Assembly: GCA_036505595.1 (NCBI GenBank)
Contig: DASXTE010000018.1
Location: forward strand, 6,915-70,914
Length of the DNA stretch: 64,000 nt
Source: Pyrinomonadaceae bacterium
Lineage (GTDB): Bacteria > Acidobacteriota > Blastocatellia > Pyrinomonadales > Pyrinomonadaceae
Direction: 5' to 3'
Within the stretch, counting starts at the first letter, position 1. Every line of letters starts with the position of its first letter. Positions 19,496-28,061 of this stretch are shown piece by piece. Position numbers and translations under genes: made by a program. Under the pieces are notes generated by a model, which saw only the letters and a program-made list of their open reading frames with translations, was not told the origin of the DNA and ran no database searches.

Positions 19496-20530
19496 TTATT
19501 GCGTGCGGCTCTTCACCGCTTCGACAAGCTTCGTCAAACGCTCGATCTTCTGTTCGTGAGTCTCACCTGGCACTGGCCCGGTATCGCCAACGCCCGCATA
19601 AGTTCCTCTTCTCATCAGTGAGCGATCTGGTTCGCCGCTCGGCGAAGCGGTCGAGGTCGGCTGAGTTGCGGCCGTAACTGCATCAGGAGCAAGTTCATCA
19701 GGCGTCTCTGCGCCCGCGACGGGTGATGCTGTCGCCGCAGCCTCGCTCAGAGGCGCAGCAGAGGCTGCGCCGGTCGCGGCTTGTGCTTCCGCAGCAGGTC
19801 GATGCTCGTCGGCTGCGGGAGAAGAATCAACAACAGTGACTGCCGCCGGGGGCGCTGCATGTTCTGGTCCCTCGCCGGATTCTGTCCGCTTCTTTACCGC
19901 TTCAACCAGTTGCGCGAGCCGCGCAATCTTCTGTTCGCGTGTCTCGCCCGCGACTGGTCCGGTGTCTTTGAAACCCGCGTAGGTCGATCTTCGATTTAGC
20001 GATCGATTCGGCTCGCCCGCCGGTCGCGGCGCTGGTGGAGCGGCCATCGATTTCTCGGCGACAACTTCAGCTTTTGCCGCGGGCGGCGTTGGAGTTTTAG
20101 GAACGGCAGGCGGAGTTGCCGCAGGTCTCGCAGCAGGCGCCCCGTGGGCAAGCGCTGCACCCTCAGGCTCGACGATAACGTAAACGCCCCGCTCGTTTTT
20201 CTTAATGACCGGCAGCGTTCCGCCGGCGGCTTGCAGCAGCGCAGACAATTCGGCTTCGACAAAACGGTGCTGCTTTTCCGGATCGCGAACGTGTCCCAGC
20301 GGCGGACCCATATAGAGCGTGCCGCAAATCTGGCACTTGAACAGCACGTCATCGCCGCGCAAATGAACTTCCGCCGGTTCGCCCGCGGTCTTTAGTTGCT
20401 TCAAGTGACCATTGCACAGCTTGTTCTTCTCGTTTCGTTCGTTGCAGACAGTCTGTGCGTTGGTGATGCGCTTCGGGACAGGAGCAGGCGCAGCGGCTTG
20501 AGTGGTGGATTCAGTAATGTTAGCTGACAT
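19496..20530 (-). CDS. hypothetical protein with N-terminal zinc ribbon and a duplicated C-terminal module
   Basis: Start at MSANITE. Cys pairs CNERNEKNKLCNGH ... CQICG. Two modules of about 45 aa: EPNRSLNRRSTYAGFKDTGPVAGETREQKIARLAQLVEAVKKRT and EPDRSLMRRGTYAGVGDTGPVPGETHEQKIERLTKLVEAVKSRT. Confidence 0.6.
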   Translation of the reverse strand: MSANITESTTQAAAPAPVPKRITNAQTVCNERNEKNKLCNGHLKQLKTAGEPAEVHLRGDDVLFKCQICGTLYMGPPLGHVRDPEKQHRFVEAELSALLQAAGGTLPVIKKNERGVYVIVEPEGAALAHGAPAARPAATPPAVPKTPTPPAAKAEVVAEKSMAAPPAPRPAGEPNRSLNRRSTYAGFKDTGPVAGETREQKIARLAQLVEAVKKRTESGEGPEHAAPPAAVTVVDSSPAADEHRPAAEAQAATGAASAAPLSEAAATASPVAGAETPDELAPDAVTAATQPTSTASPSGEPDRSLMRRGTYAGVGDTGPVPGETHEQKIERLTKLVEAVKSRTQ

Positions 20531-20620
20531 GGACTCGGATGTGCAGATGGCGCGTCGTTTGGACGGTAGAATCTTAAGTTTTCGAATTGATGGCGTCAAC
20601 CAATTGGGAGGCTGCTTTCA

Positions 20621-20734
20621 TCATTTGTGTTTATAGAGTTCTTTGAGAATGAGAGAACTTAGCAAACACAGAACAACGAAGGCCACGACGACAGCTAAGA
20701 GTACCGCATCCCAGTTTACAAAAAGCATAGACAT
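20621..20734 (-). CDS. possible 37-aa single-pass membrane peptide
   Basis: ATG...TGA ORF found by hand, below the track cutoff: MSMLFVNWDAVLLAVVVAFVVLCLLSSLILKELYKHK. It lies directly upstream of, and co-oriented with, 19496..20530. The RBS is weak. Confidence 0.3.
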   Translation of the reverse strand: MSMLFVNWDAVLLAVVVAFVVLCLLSSLILKELYKHK

Positions 20735-20817
20735 GACGTTTCTCACGCCGCGTCTTCACGTCAGTTCCACGTTTTGATATGCGGTGACTTCAACGAATCG
20801 CATGATATGCTGCGCGG

Positions 20818-21288
20818 GTGCTCGCAAGTTTCTTCGGCTCAGTGTGGCGCTATCTTCCGGGAGTCATCCGTCGAAGACTTGTGCGCATCGGCCAAAGGCG
20901 GTTCACCGTAACGGCGGGCGCCTTTGTCTTCGACGATGCGGGGCGCATTCTGCTGCTCGAGCACGAGTTTCGGCCCGACAGCCGCTGGGGAATTCCCGGA
21001 GGATTTTTGAGCAAAGGTGAACAACCGGAAGCAGCGCTGCGTCGCGAATTGCGCGAAGAAGTTTCGTTGGAACTTACTAACGTCGAATTCTTCTTTGCTC
21101 GCACTCTGCCAAAACCGCGGCAAGTGGAAATCTACTTCATTTGTAATCCGGCGAATGTGCCAACACCGAGCAGCTTTGAAATCAGGCAGGCCCGGTGGTT
21201 CACCATGAACGATCTGCCGCTCGACTTGTCACAGGATCAACTTAGGCTGATCAAACGCGCGCTCAGTAGAGAAACCACTCGCGAATGA
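20818..21288 (+). CDS. NUDIX hydrolase
   Basis: Nudix box GGFLSKGEQPEAALRRELREEVSL. Confidence 0.85.
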   Translation: MLASFFGSVWRYLPGVIRRRLVRIGQRRFTVTAGAFVFDDAGRILLLEHEFRPDSRWGIPGGFLSKGEQPEAALRRELREEVSLELTNVEFFFARTLPKPRQVEIYFICNPANVPTPSSFEIRQARWFTMNDLPLDLSQDQLRLIKRALSRETTRE

Positions 21289-21334
21289 TGTATTCTACGC
21301 GGCGCAATTCATCACAATTAGTCAGGAGCAGAAG

Positions 21335-21955
21335 ATGGTCGCACCCAGTGTCCAGTTAATCCCTTCGCCTGAAGACGTAATGCAGATTCTTCGCAAGACG
21401 GGCGCCTTTCGCGAAGGCCACTTCGTTTATCCAAACGGCAAACACACCGCGCACTATTTTCAGATGCCGCTGGCGTTTCGTCTCTACGACACCGCGCGCG
21501 TATTGGCTGTGGCGCTCAGCCGCAAATTCCGAATCGACCGAGACATTGCAAGCCAGTTGCCAAAGGTCGCAGTCGTTAGTCCGAGTTCAGGCGGAATTCC
21601 GGTGGCGTTCGGTGTGCGTGAGGCGTTGAGTGCCGAGCAGATTTACTGGGCTGAACAGGAAGCCGGCAAGCGCATGTTCCGCCAGTACGTGAATCAGGGC
21701 GACATCAAACCCTGCATCATCGTGGATGACATTATTCGCAGCGGACACGCGATCGAAGAAACAGTAGCGCTCGTCAAAGGATTGGGCTCACCAATCATCG
21801 GCTGCGGCGCGATCGTAAGATTCAGTTCGGCGCCGCAGGAAGTCGCCGGCGTTCCCATCAAATCACTGGTTGAATTCGAAGAGCACTTCTACGATCGGGC
21901 TGAGGACTGCGCCGAGTGCAAGCAGGGCGTGGCCGAAGAGCATGTGAGATTCTGA
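21335..21955 (+). CDS. phosphoribosyltransferase (orotate PRT-like)
   Basis: PRPP-binding motif CIIVDDIIRSGHAIEET. Confidence 0.7.
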   Translation: MVAPSVQLIPSPEDVMQILRKTGAFREGHFVYPNGKHTAHYFQMPLAFRLYDTARVLAVALSRKFRIDRDIASQLPKVAVVSPSSGGIPVAFGVREALSAEQIYWAEQEAGKRMFRQYVNQGDIKPCIIVDDIIRSGHAIEETVALVKGLGSPIIGCGAIVRFSSAPQEVAGVPIKSLVEFEEHFYDRAEDCAECKQGVAEEHVRF

Positions 21956-21966
21956 AAAGCCGGGAA

Positions 21967-22032
21967 GCAGACGGCAGGCGGCAGGAGGCAGGGACATGGG
22001 TTGGCCAGACTGCAGGAGGCAGACGGCAGGAG
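21967..22032. repeat. heptad-word array GCAGACG (left flank of the four-helix-bundle gene)
   Basis: GCAGACG GCAGGCG GCAGGAG GCAGGGA at 21967-21993, and TGCAGGAG GCAGACG GCAGGAG at 22011-22032. Positions 22013-22032 are a perfect 20-nt reverse complement of 22466-22485. Confidence 0.85.
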
Positions 22033-22036
22033 TAAA

Positions 22037-22411
22037 CTAACCGCTGAATCTCTCTGGCTTGAGAATCATGCCGCCCAGCATTCTTCCCAGCTCTTCGTAT
22101 CGACTCGTTAAGTAAACTTGAGTGTCCGGCGACAAATAACCACAATCGCGAGCGAAGTCCAACCATACTTGTGTTTCTGTGGCTTCGCCGTCAGCGTCCA
22201 CCATCTTGCTCACGAACATCCTAGGATAGCGCTTCTTTCGGTAGCCCTCCGCAACGTTCGCTGCCACGCTGCGCGAGGCGCGTCGAATCTGATCGGTTAG
22301 CGAGTATTTTTCTTCGATGGGAAAATGCTTTGACTCTCTGAAAATTTCCATCGCCAATTCATAAGCTAGCTGGTAAGCCTTCAGGTCTCGGAATCCTCGT
22401 GGGAGTGACAT
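22037..22411 (-). CDS. four helix bundle protein (23S rRNA intervening-sequence protein family)
   Basis: 124 aa. Family signature FPIEEKYSLTDQIRRASRSVAANVAEGYRK. Confidence 0.85.
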   Translation of the reverse strand: MSLPRGFRDLKAYQLAYELAMEIFRESKHFPIEEKYSLTDQIRRASRSVAANVAEGYRKKRYPRMFVSKMVDADGEATETQVWLDFARDCGYLSPDTQVYLTSRYEELGRMLGGMILKPERFSG

Positions 22412-22417
22412 TGTTAT

Positions 22418-22486
22418 CCTGCCTCCTGCTGTTTGCCGTCTGCTTTCTGTGGTCCTGCCGTCCGCCTCCTGCCGTCTGCCTCCTGG
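22418..22486. repeat. heptad-word array CCTGCCG (right flank, complement of 21967-22032)
   Basis: CCTGCCT CCTGCTG TTTGCCG TCTGC ... CCTGCCG TCCGCCT CCTGCCG TCTGCCT CCTGG. It abuts the recR stop at 22492. Confidence 0.85.
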
Positions 22487-22491
22487 TTCTT

Positions 22492-23106
22492 CTACATCTC
22501 ATGTCGATTCGCCAGCGCCTTATCCATCGTCACTTCATCGACGTATTCCAAATCGCTTCCTACCGGCATGCCCATCGCTAAACGCGTGACGCGAACGCCG
22601 AGCGGTTTCAGTAAGCGGCTGATGTAGTTCGCAGTCGCTTCGCCTTCCGTGTTTGGATTCGTGGCGATGATCACTTCGCGAACTTCAACGCCGTCGTTGT
22701 TTTCAGGCTTCAGCCGCGGCAGCAAGCTGTCCAGCCGCAGGTCGCTCGGACGTATGCCGCGAATCGGCGACAGCGCGCCGTGCAGCACATGATAGAGGCC
22801 CTTGTAGCTGCGCGTCTTCTCAACCGCGAGCAGATCGTACGGCTGCTCGATCACGCAAAGCAGTGAACGATCGCGTGAAGGTGAAGCGCAGAAGCGGCAG
22901 GGATTAACGTCAGTCAGGTTGTTGCAGACCGAACATTCGGTGATGCGCTCTTTGACTTCGTGCAGGGCGGCAATGAGCCGTTCAACGTCAGCTTCAGGCG
23001 CGCGGAGAATGTGAAATGCCAAGCGCTGCGCTGACTTCTGCCCGATGCTAGGCAGACGCTTGAATTCGTCAATCAGTTTGGTGACGGGTTCGGCGTAATC
23101 AAGCAT
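22492..23106 (-). CDS. recR: recombination protein RecR
   Basis: 204 aa. LPSIGQKSAQRLAFHIL helix-hairpin-helix, a C4 zinc finger (CSVCNNLTDVNPCRFC) and a Toprim region. Confidence 0.95.
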   Translation of the reverse strand: MLDYAEPVTKLIDEFKRLPSIGQKSAQRLAFHILRAPEADVERLIAALHEVKERITECSVCNNLTDVNPCRFCASPSRDRSLLCVIEQPYDLLAVEKTRSYKGLYHVLHGALSPIRGIRPSDLRLDSLLPRLKPENNDGVEVREVIIATNPNTEGEATANYISRLLKPLGVRVTRLAMGMPVGSDLEYVDEVTMDKALANRHEM

Positions 23107-23110
23107 TTCG

Positions 23111-23234
23111 GTCTTTGTACTTTGAACTTTGTACTTAGTGTTTTGTCGTTTGGGCCAATCTAGCCGCGAGTTCTAAAGAGCACGAATCGCCAGGAGATCA
23201 AAGTACAAAGAACCAAGTACAAAGGACAAGAACC
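23111..23234. repeat. heptad-word hairpin (word CTTTGTA / CAAAGTA) between ybaB and recR
   Basis: Left arm 23111-23147 reads CTTTGTA CTTTGAA CTTTGTA CTTAGTG TTTTGTC. Right arm 23196-23234 reads CAAAGTA CAAAGAA CCAAGTA CAAAGGA CAAGAAC. The loop is about 48 nt. Confidence 0.8.
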
Positions 23235-23247
23235 AATTCGATTGTGT

Positions 23248-23562
23248 CTAAAACAAGTTCCCTAGTCCGGGTGGCAACATTGACCCTAGCTTGCTCTTCA
23301 TCGCTTCGTTGACTTTGCGATTGGCTTCGTTGACCGCGGCGAGAATCATGTCCTGAAGCATCTCGACGTCGCCTTCTTTGACAAGTTCCGGGTCCACTTT
23401 CAGCGCAACGATCTCGTGATCGCCCTTCATCGTTACGTTCACAACGCCGCCACCGGCGGAAGCTTCGACGCGCAGTTCTTCCATCTCGCGCGACATCTGC
23501 TCTTGCATCTGCTGCGCCTGTTTCATCATCTGCTGAATGTTGAGTCCACCCGGAAATTTCAT
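23248..23562 (-). CDS. ybaB: nucleoid-associated protein YbaB/EbfC
   Basis: 104 aa from [23 protein letters not shown]. The classic ybaB-recR pairing is present. The longer track ORF is an upstream extension. Confidence 0.9.
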   Translation of the reverse strand: MKFPGGLNIQQMMKQAQQMQEQMSREMEELRVEASAGGGVVNVTMKGDHEIVALKVDPELVKEGDVEMLQDMILAAVNEANRKVNEAMKSKLGSMLPPGLGNLF

Positions 23563-23688
23563 TTTGTTAACCTCGCGATTCGAATCTGACTGCGCGAGCA
23601 GCATCGTAGCCGTCAATGAAAGCGAATGCAAAGTGGCTGGACTTCGCCCTGTGAAGTTCTGCAGAGGAAATGTTATAAGCAGGCAACT

Positions 23689-24381
23689 ATGACAAAAGCC
23701 GACGCTGCACCGCTTGTCGAGCGCACGCTCACTGCGCAAATCACGCTCTATTACGACGTCATTTCAGCTCAGACGCAGCCTGCGCCATTGCTGATTGCGT
23801 TGCACGGCTATGGCGCGAGCAAATGGCACGCGCTGCGTGAAGCGAAGATGATCGTCCCGGACGGGTTCGCTATCGCGGCCTTGCAAGCACCGCATCAGCA
23901 TTTGCGAGAACCCAAACAGCCGGGCGGGCCGCTGCGCTTCGGATTTGGCTGGCTGACGAATTTTCATCCGGAAGAATCGATTGCGATTCATCATCATGCC
24001 TTGCGGGAAATGATTGACGGGTTGTCGAACGAAGGGGTAGCCGATCGCGGTCGGATTTTTCTGCTCGGCTTTTCGCAAAGCTGCGCGTTGAACTATCGCT
24101 TTGCATTCACGCATGCCGACGTCTTGCGTGGGGTGATCGGAATTTGCGGCGGTTTGCCGGGTGATTGGGAAACTAATGAGCTTTACAAGGACACAGACGC
24201 GGCGGTGTTTCATCTTGCCGGCGAGCGCGACGAGTTTTATCCGCCGTCTCGTGTCGCGAACTACGCCACGCAGTTGCGGCAGCGCGCCAGCGATGTCGAG
24301 TTTCGCAGCTATGATGCGGGGCATGAGATTTTACCCGCAATGCGTGATGATATTCGCGAGTGGTTACGTGACAAAGCATGA
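23689..24381 (+). CDS. alpha/beta hydrolase (phospholipase/carboxylesterase family)
   Basis: [10 protein letters not shown] oxyanion region and nucleophile elbow GFSQS. Start taken at MTKADAAPL. Confidence 0.7.
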   Translation: MTKADAAPLVERTLTAQITLYYDVISAQTQPAPLLIALHGYGASKWHALREAKMIVPDGFAIAALQAPHQHLREPKQPGGPLRFGFGWLTNFHPEESIAIHHHALREMIDGLSNEGVADRGRIFLLGFSQSCALNYRFAFTHADVLRGVIGICGGLPGDWETNELYKDTDAAVFHLAGERDEFYPPSRVANYATQLRQRASDVEFRSYDAGHEILPAMRDDIREWLRDKA

Positions 24382-24433
24382 CGAATTAGTAATCTGGAAG
24401 GACATGACCAGACGGGAACTGACAGTTCAGTGC

Positions 24434-24629
24434 GCGAAGCGGACGCTTGGAAATAGCCCAGCGATTCATCGCTGGGTAATGGGCAAAAGAAGAATTAATG
24501 AGTCCGCAAAGCGGACGGCAGAAAATGTTGCGGGCCATACTCTGTCGCCCGTTTCACGGGCTTTTTGGTTCCTGCGGCGTTCGATTCCCAGCACTAAAGT
24601 GCTGGGCTATTGCCGCTCGTCCGCTTCGC
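24434..24629. repeat. large palindromic MITE-like element (same CGC[AG]AAGCGG family as 19283-19466)
   Basis: Left arm: cgcgaagcggacgcttggaaatagcccagcgattcatcgctggg. Right arm: cccagcactaaagtgctgggctattgccgctcgtccgcttcgcg. Central gtccgcaaagcggac. It is read through by the spurious 5' part of track ORF 24161..25309. Confidence 0.75.
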
Positions 24630-24664
24630 GGACTTCCAAACCCATCCGGACAAACGGAATTGTT

Positions 24665-25309
24665 GTCGTGGTCGTCCTGCTTGTGGCTTCAATCATTGCC
24701 GCAGCCTGTCAGCAGCAGGTCGCGCGCACGATTCCACCGCTGAAACCTCCGGAGCAGCAGACCGAGATTCGCGCCCTGCCGGCAAACAGCTCGCCTAACC
24801 TCAAGCCCGTAATTGACGGCGCGATTGAACAGGTTGGTAAGACGACCGGGTATGATCCTTCCTATCAGAAAATCGATTATCCGAATGGCGATGTGCCGAT
24901 TGAAACCGGCGTGTGCTCAGACGTGATTGTGCGCGCCTTCCGCAAGGCAAACATCGATTTGCAAAAAGAAGTTCACGAGGACATGAAGTCGAATTTCTCG
25001 GCGTATCCGACGAAGTGGGGGCTGAGCGGCACCGACGCAAACATCGATCATCGTCGCGTACCGAATCTGCAAACGTTCTTCACGCGCAAAGGCAAACAGA
25101 TCGCGACGACCGGCAGCGCCGACACTTTTCTGCCGGGTGACATTGTCACCTGGGACCTGGGCGGTGGTGTCGATCATGTCGGAATGGTCGTGAACGTTTG
25201 GTACAAACCTTCGCAGCGCTACCTGATTGTGCACAACATCGGCGCCGGCACGCGCATGGAAGATGTAGTGTTCGCGTGGAAGATTACGGGACACTATCGG
25301 TATTTTTGA
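24665..25309 (+). CDS. DUF1287 domain protein (probable lipoprotein)
   Basis: Conserved region GYDPSYQKIDYPNGDVPIETGVCSDVIVRAFRKANIDLQ ... GDIVTWDLGGGVDHVGMVV. Lipobox-like LVASIIAAAC. The start is uncertain (GTG 24665 is proposed). Confidence 0.7.
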   Translation, partial: VVVVLLVASIIAAACQQQVARTIPPLKPPEQQTEIRALPANSSPNLKPVIDGAIEQVGKTTGYDPSYQKIDYPNGDVPIETGVCSDVIVRAFRKANIDLQKEVHEDMKSNFSAYPTKWGLSGTDANIDHRRVPNLQTFFTRKGKQIATTGSADTFLPGDIVTWDLGGGVDHVGMVVNVWYKPSQRYLIVHNIGAGTRMEDVVFAWKITGHYRYF

Positions 25310-25403
25310 AGAAATCCAGTTCGCCTTGAGGAAGGGTTGTGTTCTTAGTGAGTCCCGTTAGGGACGGAATACTTATAGAACTCGCCTCCCGCAAAAGGCC
25401 TAG

Positions 25404-25445
25404 CGCCTTTAGGCGCGTCATGTTATAACGACGCGCCTAAAGGCG
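25404..25445. repeat. perfect 16-bp stem hairpin (REP-like)
   Basis: Left strand cgcctttaggcgcgtc, loop atgttataac, right strand gacgcgcctaaaggcg. A smaller hairpin gtccc-gtta-gggac lies at about 25352-25365. Confidence 0.8.
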
Positions 25446-25514
25446 AAGAATTCTTTGACAGACGCGTTGGGGCTATACAAATTTGGCTGCTCCGCAGCCT
25501 ACATTTCGTCAAAC

Positions 25515-25967
25515 ATGAAACATCATCGACTTATTTCTGCTCTTCTGACTCTAGCTCTGATTACATCCGCTGCGGCCCAGGACAATTCAAAGAACGCAAA
25601 GTCAATCTCAGCAATCCGCGCCGTCCTCGACGCGCAAGCCGCCGCCTGGAATCGCGGAAACATCGAGGGCTACATGGACGGCTACGACCGTTCGCCTGAC
25701 ACGGTTTTTGTTTCCGGCGATCGCGTGACGCGTGGCTGGCAAACGGTGCTCGAGCGTTACAAGAAGACTTACGACACGCGCGAGAAGATGGGCACCCTGA
25801 CGTTTTCTGATGTCGAAGTGACCATGTTAAGCAAAGACGCCGCACTCGTCCTCGGGCGATGGCATCTCAAACGGAGCAAAGACGAGCCACACGGCCGTTT
25901 TACTTTGCTCTTCAGAAAAACGAAAGCCGGCTGGAGAATCGTTCACGATCACACCTCGTCGGCGTGA
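25515..25967 (+). CDS. DUF4440/SnoaL-like (NTF2 fold) secreted protein
   Basis: Signal peptide MKHHRLISALLTLALITSAAAQ. Motifs WNRGNIEGYMDGY ... GRFTLLFRKTKAGWRIVHDHTS. Paralog of the C-terminal domain of 36679..37350. Confidence 0.7.
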   Translation: MKHHRLISALLTLALITSAAAQDNSKNAKSISAIRAVLDAQAAAWNRGNIEGYMDGYDRSPDTVFVSGDRVTRGWQTVLERYKKTYDTREKMGTLTFSDVEVTMLSKDAALVLGRWHLKRSKDEPHGRFTLLFRKTKAGWRIVHDHTSSA

Positions 25968-25975
25968 ACGCGTCG

Positions 25976-26091
25976 GAAGCCTGACCATTAGGGAGGACAG
26001 AATTCCCTGCCACGGCCGTCGGTGGCCTGCGTTCTGTGAATGACAAGAACTTGATGCTGATATGACTAGCCCTCCCTGACGGTCGGGCTTC
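25976..26091. repeat. inverted pair of the ggtcgggct REP unit
   Basis: gaagcctgaccattagggagg (25976-25996) is the reverse complement, with about 3 mismatches, of ccctccctgacggtcgggcttc (26070-26091). Confidence 0.7.
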
Positions 26092-26099
26092 TGACACGC

Positions 26100-27536
26100 A
26101 TGTCTGACTCAATTCAACCAAACATTGCTTCGCTGGAACATGATGTCGAAGCCCGCAGTGCCTCTCTCAAAAAAGAACTTGGTCTGTTCGATCTTGTACT
26201 GACTCAAGTTGTTTTCGTCGTTGGCACAATCTGGGTCGGATGGGCAGCCAAGCTCGGCTACCAGCAGAACGTCTTCTGGATTCTCGCAATTATCACTTTC
26301 TACGTTCCCCTCGCGGTCGTCGTTATCTTTCTCAACAAGCTTCTGCCGCTCGAAGGCGGACTTTATCAATGGGCGAAAGCCGCGTTTGGCGATCTGGTCG
26401 CGTTCATGGTCGCCTGGAACCTTTGGGTGTTCGCGATCCTGATCGCGTCGGGAATTGGGCTGGTGGTTACGACGAACATCTCGTACGCGATCGGCGAACG
26501 CGCGGCGTGGATGCGTAGCACCAAGTGGCTCATCACGCTGATCAGTTGCCTGCTGGTGTTTGGAATGATCGCCGCGGCGACTCGCGGGCTTGGGATCGGC
26601 AAGTGGGTTCACAACGCGGGCGGCGTGATGTTGATGATGACATTCGTCGTCCTGCTGGCGCTGCCGCTGTTTGCGATTCATCCCAACGACTACCGCCCGT
26701 TCGCGATTCAGATTCCTACGCTGTCGATGATGAACGTGAACGTCTACAGCAAACTCGCGTTGGGCGCGCTGACTGGTTTCGAGTACATCGCTATTCTCGC
26801 CGGCGAGACGCGCGCACCCGCTCGTAACATCGGTCGGTCGGTAATCATCGCCGCGCCCATCATCGCCATCATGTTCATTCTGGGTACGAGCACCGTGCTC
26901 GCTTTCGTCTCGCCGGACAAAGTCGATTTAATCGGGCCAATTCCACAAGTCCTCAGCATCGGCTTCAGCTCGTATGGCTGGGTCGGCAAAGTCGTTTCCC
27001 TGGCGATTCTCGGCGTGGTCGTGCGGCAGATTGCTTTGATGAGCATCTACTTCACCGCGAACACGCGGCTGCCGATGGTTGCTGGCTGGGATCGTCTGCT
27101 GCCTGCCTGGTTCACGCGCTTGCACAGGACTTATCGGACGCCTGTGAATTCAATTCTCGTGGTCGGCGCAGTCACGCTCGCATTCGGGCTCGCAAGTCTG
27201 ATCGGTGTTGGTGAACAGGAAGCCTTCCAGTTGCTCGACAACGCGGGTGGCGTTTTCTACGCGACAACGTATGTCGTTCTGTTCGCGATTCCGCTCTTCG
27301 GAATGAGAGCGTTCGGCGTACGCGCGCCCTGGTGGTTGCAGATCGCCTGCGCGTCAGGCTTGCTCGTTTCGCTTTTGTACATTGGATTCACGATCGTGCC
27401 GATCATCGCCGTCGGCAGCAGATTGACCTTCGCGCTAAAGATCGTAGCAGTCGTCATCGTCGCGAACGCTTTGGGATTCGGCATCTTTGCGCTTGGTCAT
27501 TCGCGCAATCGAAACACCGCTGCCGATATGTCTTAG
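26100..27536 (+). CDS. APC superfamily amino acid permease
   Basis: 478 aa with about 12 TM segments and APC-type N-terminal helices. The subfamily was not resolved. Confidence 0.75.
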   Translation: MSDSIQPNIASLEHDVEARSASLKKELGLFDLVLTQVVFVVGTIWVGWAAKLGYQQNVFWILAIITFYVPLAVVVIFLNKLLPLEGGLYQWAKAAFGDLVAFMVAWNLWVFAILIASGIGLVVTTNISYAIGERAAWMRSTKWLITLISCLLVFGMIAAATRGLGIGKWVHNAGGVMLMMTFVVLLALPLFAIHPNDYRPFAIQIPTLSMMNVNVYSKLALGALTGFEYIAILAGETRAPARNIGRSVIIAAPIIAIMFILGTSTVLAFVSPDKVDLIGPIPQVLSIGFSSYGWVGKVVSLAILGVVVRQIALMSIYFTANTRLPMVAGWDRLLPAWFTRLHRTYRTPVNSILVVGAVTLAFGLASLIGVGEQEAFQLLDNAGGVFYATTYVVLFAIPLFGMRAFGVRAPWWLQIACASGLLVSLLYIGFTIVPIIAVGSRLTFALKIVAVVIVANALGFGIFALGHSRNRNTAADMS

Positions 27537-27632
27537 AATCCCAACTCTGGTTTTCCTATCGCTCATGTGATAAGAATTCGCGCCGCAAGGCAATCCTGGA
27601 GTTCAGTACTCAGCCCCTGAAAGGAGAAACTG

Positions 27633-28049
27633 ATGAACTACGGACGCGTCATTTTGGGAGGTTTGGTGGCCGGTTTGGTCTTGAATGTCGGCGAGTTTCT
27701 GCTTAACGCTGTGCTTCTGCACAACGCGATGGTCGATTGGGCGAAGCAGCACAATTTGCCGGCGGATCCAGGACCGGCATTTTTGCCGGTCGCAATCGGA
27801 CTCACCTTCGTGCTCGGGATCGTCACGGTCTGGCTCTACGCGCTGATCCGGCCGCGCCTGGGAGCCGGCCCGAAGACCGCAATTGTGGCGGCGCTGCTGA
27901 TGTGGTTCGGGATTTACGTCTACTGCGGCGTCATCTACGGGATGATCCTGGCGCAACCGGCAAACCTCATAGGCTTGCCGATGATCTGGGGTATCGTTGA
28001 ATACACGCTCGGCGCAATTGCTGGAGCATGGCTGTACAAAGAAGCCTAA
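27633..28049 (+). CDS. hypothetical membrane protein
   Basis: 138 aa with 4 hydrophobic segments. Good RBS (AAAGGAGAAACTG then ATG). Confidence 0.55.
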   Translation: MNYGRVILGGLVAGLVLNVGEFLLNAVLLHNAMVDWAKQHNLPADPGPAFLPVAIGLTFVLGIVTVWLYALIRPRLGAGPKTAIVAALLMWFGIYVYCGVIYGMILAQPANLIGLPMIWGIVEYTLGAIAGAWLYKEA

Positions 28050-28061
28050 CGCAATTCACGA

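Noticed and set aside
23563-23688. Checked for an SRP RNA (ffs) or dnaX upstream of ybaB, as in the common ffs-dnaX-ybaB-recR arrangement.
   Set aside because: There is no SRP-like conserved hairpin and no dnaX. The region is a short divergent spacer leading to an esterase gene.
24161-24664. 5' extension of the DUF1287 ORF (382 aa in the track).
   Set aside because: The extension overlaps the esterase gene 3' end and then reads through a palindromic MITE-like repeat, giving peptide strings typical of translated repeats. The conserved DUF1287 domain and a lipobox-like signal start only after about 24640.
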